Shown here piece by piece: positions 1-8,200 of a DNA stretch of 32,000 nt (within the stretch, counting starts at the first letter, position 1; the number at the start of each line of letters is the position of its first letter). The stretch is from Thermococcus kodakarensis KOD1. Its GTDB lineage: Archaea > Methanobacteriota_B > Thermococci > Thermococcales > Thermococcaceae. Both the position numbers and the translations under genes were made by a program. The notes under the pieces were generated by a model, which was not told where the DNA came from, made no database searches, and worked only from the letters and a program-made list of their open reading frames with translations. Where the stretch lies: positions 240,001 through 272,000 of the forward strand of contig NC_006624.1 in NCBI RefSeq assembly GCF_000009965.1. Reading direction: 5' to 3'.

Positions 1-430
1 AACCGAGGGTTTCTACCTGGTGGTTGAGCTTCAAGGCGGTGATTTTTAGAGTGTCGATTTTTATCCTGTCCATGGGCTTCAGAGTCTTTGGTTTCAGGTT
101 CTTTGGCTCGTTGAGAATCAGCGCGTCGGCCTGCCCCTCAGGCGCGTAGAGTTCGGTCTCCATCGCCATCCAGCGGAGCTTGTAGAGGCCGTAGATGTGA
201 TCGTGGTGCCAGTGGGTCAGGAAAATAGCCTCAAGGGGGACGTTGAGGAAGTCTCTTATGTCCGTCCCAACGTCGAAGAGAACTGTTTTTCGATTTTCAG
301 TGACTACGGCGAGCGTTGAGGGCCTTCTCTGGGCGAAGCCGAACTTTCGAGCTTCGTTGCAGGAGGAGCAGGTGCAGAGATGGGCAGGAATTCCCTCGCT
401 ACCGCCGGTGCCGATGAAGTAGACTAGCAT
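1..430 (-). CDS. MBL-fold metallo-hydrolase, PhnP-like (N-terminal part; gene runs off the left edge)
   Basis: Hand translation of the minus strand from ATG at 430-428 gives MLVYFIGTGGSEGIPAHLCTCSSCNEARK...FLTHWHHDHIYGL. This has the HxHxDH metallo-beta-lactamase motif plus an N-terminal CxCxxC motif as in PhnP-type phosphodiesterases. It is absent from the ORF track because the window edge truncates it. Confidence 0.75.
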   Translation of the reverse strand, partial: MLVYFIGTGGSEGIPAHLCTCSSCNEARKFGFAQRRPSTLAVVTENRKTVLFDVGTDIRDFLNVPLEAIFLTHWHHDHIYGLYKLRWMAMETELYAPEGQADALILNEPKNLKPKTLKPMDRIKIDTLKITALKLNHQVETLG

Positions 431-572
431 CTCCCATCACCCATATTTTATGGCTATAAAACTTTGCCCCTCCTTATAAACATTGCTTACATCTTTGTGC
501 ACTAAAGTACCACTTCAGGTGAATCACTACTTTTATTAACACTGAGCATCAGTTTTGTTCGAGGTGTTGTTA

Positions 573-3032
573 ATGAGTGAGGCTATTGAGACATGTTGTA
601 CAAACAGCCATGGCAAAATAGAGAAGGAGCTCGAGAGGAGGCGCTCCTCCATAAGGCCCATAAACGAGAGGGTCGCTAAACTCAGAGAAGAAAGCGTGAA
701 CACTGAGGTGAGAATCTCTTCTGAGAGGGCGAGGCTGATAACCGAGTTCTACAAGAGCGACCTGGCGAAGGGAAAATCGATCCCAGTTCAGAGGGCGCTT
801 GCCTTCAAGTACCTCCTCGAGCACTGTAGCCTACCTGTTGAAGACGGGCAGCTCATCGTCGGGATTAGGGGCACTGGCGTTAAAGAGGTTCCAACTTATC
901 CTGAAATCACCGTTCACAGCATAGAGGACCTTGAAATTTTGAACTCAAGGGAGAACATGCCATACAGGGTTGATGAGGAGACTAAAGAACTCTACGAGAG
1001 GGAGATAATCCCCTTCTGGAAAGGAAGGGCGATGAGGGATATAATTTTCGAGAACCTGCCCCAGGAGTGGATTGATGCTTACGAAGCCGGCGTCTGGACG
1101 GAGTTCATGGAGCAGAGGGCTCCGGGACACACTGCGGGTGGCGAGAGAATTTTCAAGATGGGCGTTCTCGACATCAAAGAGGAGATCAGGAGGAAGATGG
1201 AGGAACTCGACCCGAGCGACCCTGAGTATTACGAGAAGATGGAAGAGCTTAAGGCAATGGACATCGTTGCAGATGCGATTTTAATCTACGCCCGGAGATA
1301 CGCTGAAAAGCTGGAGAAAATGGCGGAGGAGGAGACCGACCCCAAGAGAAAAGAAGAGCTGAAGCAGATGGCCGAGATATGCAGGTGGGTGCCCGCTCAT
1401 CCCCCCAGAACCTTCTGGGAGGCCTTACAGCACTACTGGTTCATACACGTGGGAGTCACCTATGAGACCAACCCGTGGGACTCATTCAACCCCGGCAGGA
1501 TAGACCAGCACCTCTACCCCTTCTACAAGAAGGACATAGAGGAGGGAAGGCTTACGAGGGAGAAAGCGAAAGAGCTCCTCCAGTGCTTCTGGCTCAAGTT
1601 CAACAACCAGCCTGCCGTTCCGAAGGTTGGGGTGACTGCGGAGGAGAGCTTCACATACAACGACTTCTCAAAGCTCAACGTTGGCGGACTGAAGGAGGAC
1701 GGCTCCGATGGAGTTAATGAGCTCTCCTATCTGATTCTTGAAGTCCTCGGCGAGATGAGGACTTTGCAGCCAAACACTGCCGTGCTGGTGAGCGAGAAGA
1801 ACCCTGACTGCCTCCTCATTGAAGCCCTGAAGGTGGTTGGGCCGGGATTCGGCGAGCCGCCGTTCTTCAACTTCGACGGCGTCATAGTGAAGATGCTCAG
1901 GCAGGGTAAGAGCCTTGAGGATGCGAGAACTTCGGGAGTGAGCGGCTGCGTGGAGAGCGGAGCCTTCGGGAAGGAAGCCTACATACTCACCGGCTACTTC
2001 AACCTGCCAAAAATCCTCGAGATAACCCTCAACAACGGCGTTGATCCAAGAACTGGCAAGAAGATTGGCCTTGAAACCGGCGACCCGAGGGACTTCAAGA
2101 GCTTTGAGGAGCTCTGGGAGGCCTTCATGAAGCAGGTCAAGCACTTCCTCGACATAAAGATGAAGGGCAACGACATAATAGAGGCCCTCTATGCCAAGTA
2201 CCTTCCGGTCCCGTTCCTATCTCTGTGGATAGAGGACTGCGTTGAGAAGGCTAAGGACTACAACTGTGGGGGAGCGAGGTACAACACCCAGTACATCCAG
2301 GTTGTTGGTCTGGGAACTATCGCGGACAGCCTCGCTGCAATAAAGTACCACGTATTTGACAAGAAGACTTTCACAATGGACGCGCTTCTCAAGGCGCTGA
2401 AGAACAACTGGAAGGGCTATGAGATTATGAGGGAAATACTCCGCAACCCCGATAAAACTCCCAAGTTTGGAAACGACGATGACTACGTCGACGAGATAGC
2501 CAAGAGAGTCGTGGATGAGGTTGTTGACCTCATCGAGAGCTATCCACCTTCTCCGGTTAGGAAAGCATCAAAGAGGGCTTACTTCCTCCCGACGACTGTT
2601 CACGTTTACTTTGGGAAGGTCACGGGAGCAACGCCCGATGGCAGGGAGGCGGGGTTCCCGGTTTCAGAGGGAGTCTCACCGGTCCAGGGGATGGACAGGA
2701 AGGGTATAGCTGCAGTGTTCAGGAGCGTTGCCAAGTGCGACTGGGACAAGACAGGGGGAGCGTTGCTCAACCAGAAGCTGACGCCCGACATCTTTGACAG
2801 TGAGGAGAACATCAAGAAGCTGGCGCAGCTGATAAGGACGTTCTTTAGGCTTGGTGGCCACCATGTGCAGTTCAACGTTGTGAGTGCTGAGCTCCTCAGG
2901 GAGGCCCAGAGGAAGCCTCAGGACTTCCAGGATTTGATGGTGAGGGTGGCGGGCTACAGTGATTACTTCGTCAACCTTCCGGAGGGGCTGCAGGAGGAGA
3001 TAGTTCAGAGAACCGAGCAGGAGCTCCTTTGA
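573..3032 (+). CDS. Glycyl radical enzyme (PFL-like/dehydratase-type, PflD-like)
   Basis: The C-terminal glycyl radical loop is RVAGYSDYF. The single catalytic Cys lies in GVSGCVESG. The size (about 820 aa) fits the family. The ATG at 573 is preceded by GAGGTG; the track start at 555 is a TTG. Confidence 0.9.
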   Translation: MSEAIETCCTNSHGKIEKELERRRSSIRPINERVAKLREESVNTEVRISSERARLITEFYKSDLAKGKSIPVQRALAFKYLLEHCSLPVEDGQLIVGIRGTGVKEVPTYPEITVHSIEDLEILNSRENMPYRVDEETKELYEREIIPFWKGRAMRDIIFENLPQEWIDAYEAGVWTEFMEQRAPGHTAGGERIFKMGVLDIKEEIRRKMEELDPSDPEYYEKMEELKAMDIVADAILIYARRYAEKLEKMAEEETDPKRKEELKQMAEICRWVPAHPPRTFWEALQHYWFIHVGVTYETNPWDSFNPGRIDQHLYPFYKKDIEEGRLTREKAKELLQCFWLKFNNQPAVPKVGVTAEESFTYNDFSKLNVGGLKEDGSDGVNELSYLILEVLGEMRTLQPNTAVLVSEKNPDCLLIEALKVVGPGFGEPPFFNFDGVIVKMLRQGKSLEDARTSGVSGCVESGAFGKEAYILTGYFNLPKILEITLNNGVDPRTGKKIGLETGDPRDFKSFEELWEAFMKQVKHFLDIKMKGNDIIEALYAKYLPVPFLSLWIEDCVEKAKDYNCGGARYNTQYIQVVGLGTIADSLAAIKYHVFDKKTFTMDALLKALKNNWKGYEIMREILRNPDKTPKFGNDDDYVDEIAKRVVDEVVDLIESYPPSPVRKASKRAYFLPTTVHVYFGKVTGATPDGREAGFPVSEGVSPVQGMDRKGIAAVFRSVAKCDWDKTGGALLNQKLTPDIFDSEENIKKLAQLIRTFFRLGGHHVQFNVVSAELLREAQRKPQDFQDLMVRVAGYSDYFVNLPEGLQEEIVQRTEQELL

Positions 3033-3067
3033 TCCTTTAACTTTTTGAGTGTAACAGCTCATTAGGG

Positions 3068-3988
3068 GTGTTCAAATTGGTAAAGGGGATTATATTCGAC
3101 ATAAAGCGTTATGCAATCCACGATGGCCCTGGAATCAGGACGACGGTTTTCATGAAGGGCTGCCCATTGAGGTGCTGGTGGTGCCATAACCCCGAGGGGA
3201 TATCACCGAGGCCCCAGCTGATGTACCTTGAGTACAAATGCATCCACTGCCACACTTGCGTTAACGTCTGTCCCCTCAGAGCCATCACCTTCGACGAGAA
3301 CGAGGTTCAGCACATAGACCGGGAAAAATGCGACGTATGCGGTGTGTGTGCGGAGTTCTGTCCAACGAGTGCTTTGAAGCTCGTAGGAAGGACAATCACT
3401 GTCGATGAACTCATGAAGGAAGTTGAGAGGGATGTCAACCTCTACGACAGTTCTGGTGGGGGGGTTACATTCTCGGGAGGAGAGCCGCTTTTCCAGCCAA
3501 AGTTCCTGGTGGAGGCCTTGAAGGCATCTAAGGAGCGTCACATCAACACCGCACTGGATACTTCGGGATATGCACCTTTGGACGTTTTAAAGAAAGTTGA
3601 GCCACTTGTGGATGTGTTTCTCTACGACCTCAAGCTCTTTGATGAGGAAGAGCACATAAAGTATACTGGCGTAAGCAACAAAATCATCAAGAGGAACCTC
3701 GAATTTCTCGTTAAAATCGGGCGAGCCAAAGATGTGCTTCTGCGCTTCCCAGTGATTCCTGGAATCACTGACACGGAGAGGAACGTCAGCGGCTGGGCCC
3801 GTTTCGTCTCCTCCCTTGGCGGATTCGAGCGGATTCACCTTCTCCCATTCCATGATGTAAGTGAGAAATACAGACGACTGGGGATGGAATACAGGATGCC
3901 CACCCGTGAGAAGCCTTCGGAGGAGACCATGAAACGCATCGCCGAAGAGTTTGAGGAAATAGGCCTGGAGGTGGTGAGGGGTGGATGA
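3068..3988 (+). CDS. Glycyl-radical enzyme activating protein (radical SAM)
   Basis: It carries the CPLRCWWCHNPE radical-SAM CX3CX2C motif and two ferredoxin-like motifs, CIHCHTCVNVCP and CDVCGVCAEFCP. It sits immediately downstream of the GRE. The start is GTG 3068 or the in-frame TTG 3077, and I cannot resolve which. Confidence 0.9.
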   Translation: MFKLVKGIIFDIKRYAIHDGPGIRTTVFMKGCPLRCWWCHNPEGISPRPQLMYLEYKCIHCHTCVNVCPLRAITFDENEVQHIDREKCDVCGVCAEFCPTSALKLVGRTITVDELMKEVERDVNLYDSSGGGVTFSGGEPLFQPKFLVEALKASKERHINTALDTSGYAPLDVLKKVEPLVDVFLYDLKLFDEEEHIKYTGVSNKIIKRNLEFLVKIGRAKDVLLRFPVIPGITDTERNVSGWARFVSSLGGFERIHLLPFHDVSEKYRRLGMEYRMPTREKPSEETMKRIAEEFEEIGLEVVRGG

Positions 3989-4529
3989 TAAAATGGAAGT
4001 TCTCAAGGAGATAGCGGAGAGGGAGTACCGGTTTTTTGAAAGGCTGCAGCCCACGAACCCCGAGTGCAAGAGGGAGAAGACGTTCAAGTTCATGCGCATA
4101 TCCCGCTTTTACCCGTATTCCCTGGAGACCCTGCTTTCCTATCTGGACGATCTAATAGAGGCGGAAAAAGAGGGGAGGAATCCGCTATACGAGAAATACG
4201 CGTGCATGGAGGGCAGGATGGGAATCCCCGAGGATAAGAGGGGGTTGATAGAGAGGATAGTCCAGATAGAAAAGTCCTGGATTGAAGAGCTGCATGGGAA
4301 ATATCCCCATGCTATAGAAAACAAGCCGGAGTTTCAGAGGTATCTCGCCTGTGAGCTCTCCACGTTTTCAGTTCAAACCCTGGAGCGATACCTTGAGGAT
4401 GTGGAGAGGGCGAAGGAAGCTGGAAGAAACCTCGCTCTGGAGAGCTATCTTTACACCTTCTCAAGGCTGGGCTACTCCTCACTGGAGGAGGTTGAGGAGA
4501 AATTCAAAAAGCGCGCTCTTCAGAAGTGA
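3981..4529 (+). CDS. Conserved hypothetical helical protein coupled to the GRE activase (possibly DUF4125-like)
   Basis: The ATG at 3981 overlaps the activase stop codon (3986-3988) by 8 nt. Codon usage is GC3-rich. Motifs GRNPLYEKYACMEG and RYLACELSTFSVQTLERYL resemble what I remember of DUF4125, but this is unverified. Confidence 0.6.
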   Translation: MDDKMEVLKEIAEREYRFFERLQPTNPECKREKTFKFMRISRFYPYSLETLLSYLDDLIEAEKEGRNPLYEKYACMEGRMGIPEDKRGLIERIVQIEKSWIEELHGKYPHAIENKPEFQRYLACELSTFSVQTLERYLEDVERAKEAGRNLALESYLYTFSRLGYSSLEEVEEKFKKRALQK

Positions 4530-4594
4530 TTTTTAAAGGGGGTCCCGATCGAAAACTCCTTATTTTTCCTTTCTAACATTTCAGGGGAAGGTGA

Positions 4595-5059
4595 ATGAAG
4601 TTCATCGCCGACATGATGCTCGGTCGCCTGGCGAGATGGCTCCGCCTCTACGGCTATGACACCCTCTACGGGATAGTTGAGGATGAGGTAATCATTAGGA
4701 AAGCGCTTGAAGATGACAGGATAATACTCACCCGCGACTCTGGCCTTGCCGAGAGGGCGAGGACTGCTGGGGCGAGGGTCTTTCTACTCTCCTCGAACTC
4801 TCTTGAGGGTCAGGTTGAGGAGCTGAAAAAGCTTGGAGTCGAGTTTAGAGAGCTCTTTCCAGCCAATGCTCGATGCCCCAAGTGTAACGGCCTGATAGTG
4901 AGGATTCCAAAGGAAGAGGTAAAGGGCAAAGTTCCGGAGAGCGTTTATGAGCGGTACGAGGAGTTCTACGTCTGCAAAAACTGCGGGCAGATTTACTGGC
5001 CCGGGAGGCAGTGGAGGGAGATGCTTAGAATTGACAGGAAGCTGAGGGGATTGAAATGA
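4595..5059 (+). CDS. Mut7-C RNase domain protein (PF01927/DUF82-like) with C-terminal zinc ribbon
   Basis: The N-terminus MKFIADMMLGRLARWLRLYGYDT is typical of the Mut7-C/PIN-like domain. The C-terminal CPKCNG...CKNCGQIYW forms a zinc ribbon. GGAAGGTGA lies upstream of the ATG. Confidence 0.75.
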   Translation: MKFIADMMLGRLARWLRLYGYDTLYGIVEDEVIIRKALEDDRIILTRDSGLAERARTAGARVFLLSSNSLEGQVEELKKLGVEFRELFPANARCPKCNGLIVRIPKEEVKGKVPESVYERYEEFYVCKNCGQIYWPGRQWREMLRIDRKLRGLK

Positions 5060-5751
5060 GGTGGGAAGACTGGAAGCCGTTCTATCTTCGGATTGTTCGC
5101 GAGATGGGCTACTCAATCGAGGAGGACAGAAAAGCCGCCCAAATACTCCGTGCTCTGCTCCTTGAAGGTGATGAATACATCCTTCGGGATGAGCTTGAAG
5201 CCATCGTTGAAAAAAAGGCCTACGTCTTCGGGGCTGGCCCGAGCCTTGAAAAAGCTTTGAAAGAGTTCGATTTCTCGGATGGAACTCTGATAGCGGCCGA
5301 CGGGGCTACCTCCGCACTCCTTGAAAACGACCTCGTGCCCGATATTATAGTTACCGACCTCGACGGCAGAATTCCGGACCTAAGAATAGCTAACGACAGG
5401 GGTTCCTTCATGGTCGTCCATGCCCATGGAGACAACGTTGATAAGATGACGTCATACGTTCCGCTCTTTTCCAGAGTGCTCGGCACGACCCAGACCGAGC
5501 CGCTCGACATAGTTTACAACTTTGGCGGCTTCACCGACGGGGACAGGGCCGCGTTTTTAGCTGAAGAACTTGGGGCTAGGGAGGTTGTGCTTGTTGGCTT
5601 TGACTTTGGGAACGTTGTCGGAAGATGGAGCAAGCCGCACCTCAAAGAGCACTCCCCAGTCTGGGAGAGCAAGAGGAAAAAGTTCGAGTTCGCGAAGGAA
5701 CTCCTCGAGTGGCTGGAAAAAAATGGAAGAGCCAGGCTGGTTTATCTGTAG
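5056..5751 (+). CDS. mptE: 6-hydroxymethyl-7,8-dihydropterin pyrophosphokinase, archaeal MptE type (DUF115)
   Basis: Motifs seen are YVFGAGPSL, IAADGATSALLENDLVPDIIVTDLDG and VVHAHGDN. There is an ATGA start/stop overlap with the upstream gene at 5056-5059. Confidence 0.7.
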   Translation: MRWEDWKPFYLRIVREMGYSIEEDRKAAQILRALLLEGDEYILRDELEAIVEKKAYVFGAGPSLEKALKEFDFSDGTLIAADGATSALLENDLVPDIIVTDLDGRIPDLRIANDRGSFMVVHAHGDNVDKMTSYVPLFSRVLGTTQTEPLDIVYNFGGFTDGDRAAFLAEELGAREVVLVGFDFGNVVGRWSKPHLKEHSPVWESKRKKFEFAKELLEWLEKNGRARLVYL

Positions 5752-6233
5752 TTAAAATACTGCCGCCTCCTAGTTATTCTCATCCTGTTTTTGATGGGCT
5801 TATTGCTTGCTATGACCAGCAGGAAGATGGCCAGAACAACAATGATAGAGACGTAGTTATGCTCCTTTATTGATACTGCAAGATAATAGACTCCAAACAA
5901 TCCTACAATCCAAGAAACGATGTATCCACTGTATTTCCAGATCGGGGACACGTTGCTCCGCATAATTCCAAACGCTTCTATCACTGTCCCGAAGAACAGG
6001 AGTACTGCAACGGTTTTGTCAAGAATCCGAACAGCGTCTATGTTGTAGCTCAAGAGGAGTACGTTCAGGGTACCAAAGAATATCGTCATGATAGAAACTG
6101 CTATCATCCCATCGATTCTGTGCAACCCGGTTATTTTTGCGTAAACCGTTCCCGCTACTTCTCCCAGGGGCACCATGCTGGTTATCGCCACCAAAAGCAC
6201 CGTCAAATTGAACCCGATCTTCAGGAGGGGCAT
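5742..6233 (-). CDS. Membrane protein corresponding to the C-terminal TM segments of an NSS (SNF) family transporter
   Basis: It has about 5 hydrophobic segments. ILDKTVAVLLFFGTVIEAFGI resembles the LeuT TM8 region. It is in frame with the upstream ORF 6243-7067 and separated from it only by TAG plus 3 codons. Confidence 0.6.
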   Translation of the reverse strand: MPLLKIGFNLTVLLVAITSMVPLGEVAGTVYAKITGLHRIDGMIAVSIMTIFFGTLNVLLLSYNIDAVRILDKTVAVLLFFGTVIEAFGIMRSNVSPIWKYSGYIVSWIVGLFGVYYLAVSIKEHNYVSIIVVLAIFLLVIASNKPIKNRMRITRRRQYFNYR

Positions 6234-6242
6234 CTGGAGGTA

Positions 6243-7067
6243 CTAGCTCAGGATTAAGGGAGTTAGTTCAAATATTATGCCCGTGCTTGTGATGAGGGCG
6301 GTTGGAAGAATGGCCGAAACCAGAAGAAACAGGGCAAGCCCCATAAAGGATGCTAAGGTGTCAATAACAGCACCAGCAACCGCTATTAAGCCTGGAGATG
6401 CTTTTTTGGGTAGGAAAGACCCGAAAATGAGGTAAAAACCCAGGCCAACTCCCAGCGAGTAGGCGGCCTGAGCCATCATGTCCGTGATCATCTCAATTGT
6501 AAACCCTTTCCATGTGAACAGACTCTTAAGTGGGCCAAGGATTTCGCCCCCACTTCCGAGGTATGAGTACATCTCGAATATGACAAAACCCGCAAGGGCA
6601 AGAAATACGAGGAGTGAAATCGCCATGATGTCGAATACCCTTTTCTTCCCGGCTATCAGGATGACAAAGACTATGAGGATAAATGCCAACGAGCTTAGAA
6701 GCTTCCACAGGATGTTTTCTGGAGCGCTGTTGGTGATGAGACCGGATAGTGCTAATCCTCCCACTGTGGAGTAGTAGCTCATAAACAGTACGTTGAGCAC
6801 GAGGAAGAAAAGGGTAAACGCCGGGAAGTTGAGTCTCTCGTAGTGCTCCAGGATACCTCCGACTTCGACGTGGGCCACTTTCAATACTGATGCTATCAAG
6901 ATCGTCAAGAGTGCCACGGAAATCAAATATGTGATGAGTCCGCTTCCACCGTATTTCATGAGAAGAGCTGGAAATCTCCATATATTCCCGAGGCCCACCA
7001 TGTAGGCGCCAACGACTATGGCTAAGTAAGCTGTGGTTAGTCTTACCCCCATCGTTAATCCCGACAT
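6243..7067 (-). CDS. NSS (sodium:neurotransmitter symporter) family transporter, N-terminal portion ending at an in-frame TAG
   Basis: GLGNIWRFP is the TM1 signature and QAAYSLGVGLGFYLIFGSF is TM6-like. I place the start at ATG 7067 (MSGLTMGV...), because the upstream extension to 7217 is non-hydrophobic and crosses the AT-rich promoter region. Confidence 0.7.
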   Translation of the reverse strand: MSGLTMGVRLTTAYLAIVVGAYMVGLGNIWRFPALLMKYGGSGLITYLISVALLTILIASVLKVAHVEVGGILEHYERLNFPAFTLFFLVLNVLFMSYYSTVGGLALSGLITNSAPENILWKLLSSLAFILIVFVILIAGKKRVFDIMAISLLVFLALAGFVIFEMYSYLGSGGEILGPLKSLFTWKGFTIEMITDMMAQAAYSLGVGLGFYLIFGSFLPKKASPGLIAVAGAVIDTLASFMGLALFLLVSAILPTALITSTGIIFELTPLILS

Positions 7068-7229
7068 TTTGTTGTTATAAATTAACCTCTCTAAAAGGGT
7101 ATTTTTAAAACAATCGGTTGCTCGTTGTTCGAGAATACTCCCCTCAGTCTCCCGATTATTAAAACATTGTGGTTTAATTACATGGATACTGTTCCACTTT
7201 GGTAAATGTGAAATCAAAAAGAAGTGAGA

Positions 7230-8138
7230 TTAGCTCATCTCCAGCATCCTCTCTATTGCCTTTCTCGCCTTCTCTGCGATCTCCGCCGGGACTTCTACCC
7301 TGTATTTCATGTCTCTCAGTGATTCGTAAATGTGGTTGAGGGTTATCGCCTTCATCCCAATGCATGTGGCGTCTTCCCTTGCGGGATAGAACTTCTTGCT
7401 CGGATAGAGCTTCTGGAGACGGCAAACCATCTCCCTCTCCGTGAAGACAACCCACTCGTCGTGCTCGCAGGCCCTCTTTATCATCCCGCCGGTGGAGACG
7501 ATTATATCCGCCTGTTCCTGCACTTCTGGCTCACACTCAGGGTGAACCATGAGCTTGGCGTTTGGGTAAAGTTTTCTCGCACGTTCAACGTCCTCCAGCG
7601 TAAACTTCCTGTGAACGTAGCAGTGGCCGTTGGGAGGGACGGGGATGACTTTCTTTCCAGTGACTTTAGCGACGTAGTGGGCGAGGTTCTTGTCCGGGCC
7701 GAAGATAACAACGTCGGAGTCAAGCTTCCCAACGATTTTAGCAGCGTTTGCGGAGGTAACGGTAACGTCGGCGTAGGCCTTCGCCTCCGCTGAACTGTTC
7801 ACGTAGAGGACGACGGGAGCATCTGGATACTTTTTCTTGGCCTCAATGATGTGTTTTATGGTGAGCATGTTGGCCATCGCGCAGGTCGCCCTTGGGGTGG
7901 GCAGGAGAACCGTCTTTTCGGGGTTGAGTATCTTCGCGGTTTCAGCCATGAAGTCAACGCCCGCGAAGACTATCACGTCAGCGTCAATGTTTACCGCCTT
8001 CCTCGCGAGCTCAAGGCTGTCTCCGAGGAAGTCCGCTATGTCCTGTATCTCCGGCAGCTGGTAGTTGTGGGCCATAATTATCGCGTTCCGTTCCTCCTTC
8101 AGCCGGTTTATCTCCTCGATGAGCTTTTCCTTCTCCAT
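7230..8138 (-). CDS. nadA: Quinolinate synthase
   Basis: Full-length NadA-like sequence ([40 protein letters not shown]). GGGGTGAG lies upstream of the ATG. Confidence 0.95.
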   Translation of the reverse strand: MEKEKLIEEINRLKEERNAIIMAHNYQLPEIQDIADFLGDSLELARKAVNIDADVIVFAGVDFMAETAKILNPEKTVLLPTPRATCAMANMLTIKHIIEAKKKYPDAPVVLYVNSSAEAKAYADVTVTSANAAKIVGKLDSDVVIFGPDKNLAHYVAKVTGKKVIPVPPNGHCYVHRKFTLEDVERARKLYPNAKLMVHPECEPEVQEQADIIVSTGGMIKRACEHDEWVVFTEREMVCRLQKLYPSKKFYPAREDATCIGMKAITLNHIYESLRDMKYRVEVPAEIAEKARKAIERMLEMS

Positions 8139-8200
8139 TTTCTCACCCCTACAGTGGGGGCATGGAAAAGGACATTAAAAGGGTTTTTGGACACCTTTGG

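Noticed and set aside
7068-7217. N-terminal extensions offered by the ORF track (7217 for the transporter; likewise 18573 for the oxidoreductase, 19324 for pyrH, 9610 for nadB, 23840 for tuf, 29202 for M20, 555 for the GRE).
   Set aside because: The extensions use non-ATG starts or cross AT-rich promoter/TATA regions. Internal ATGs with GGTGA/GGAGG sites give family-typical N-termini and lengths.
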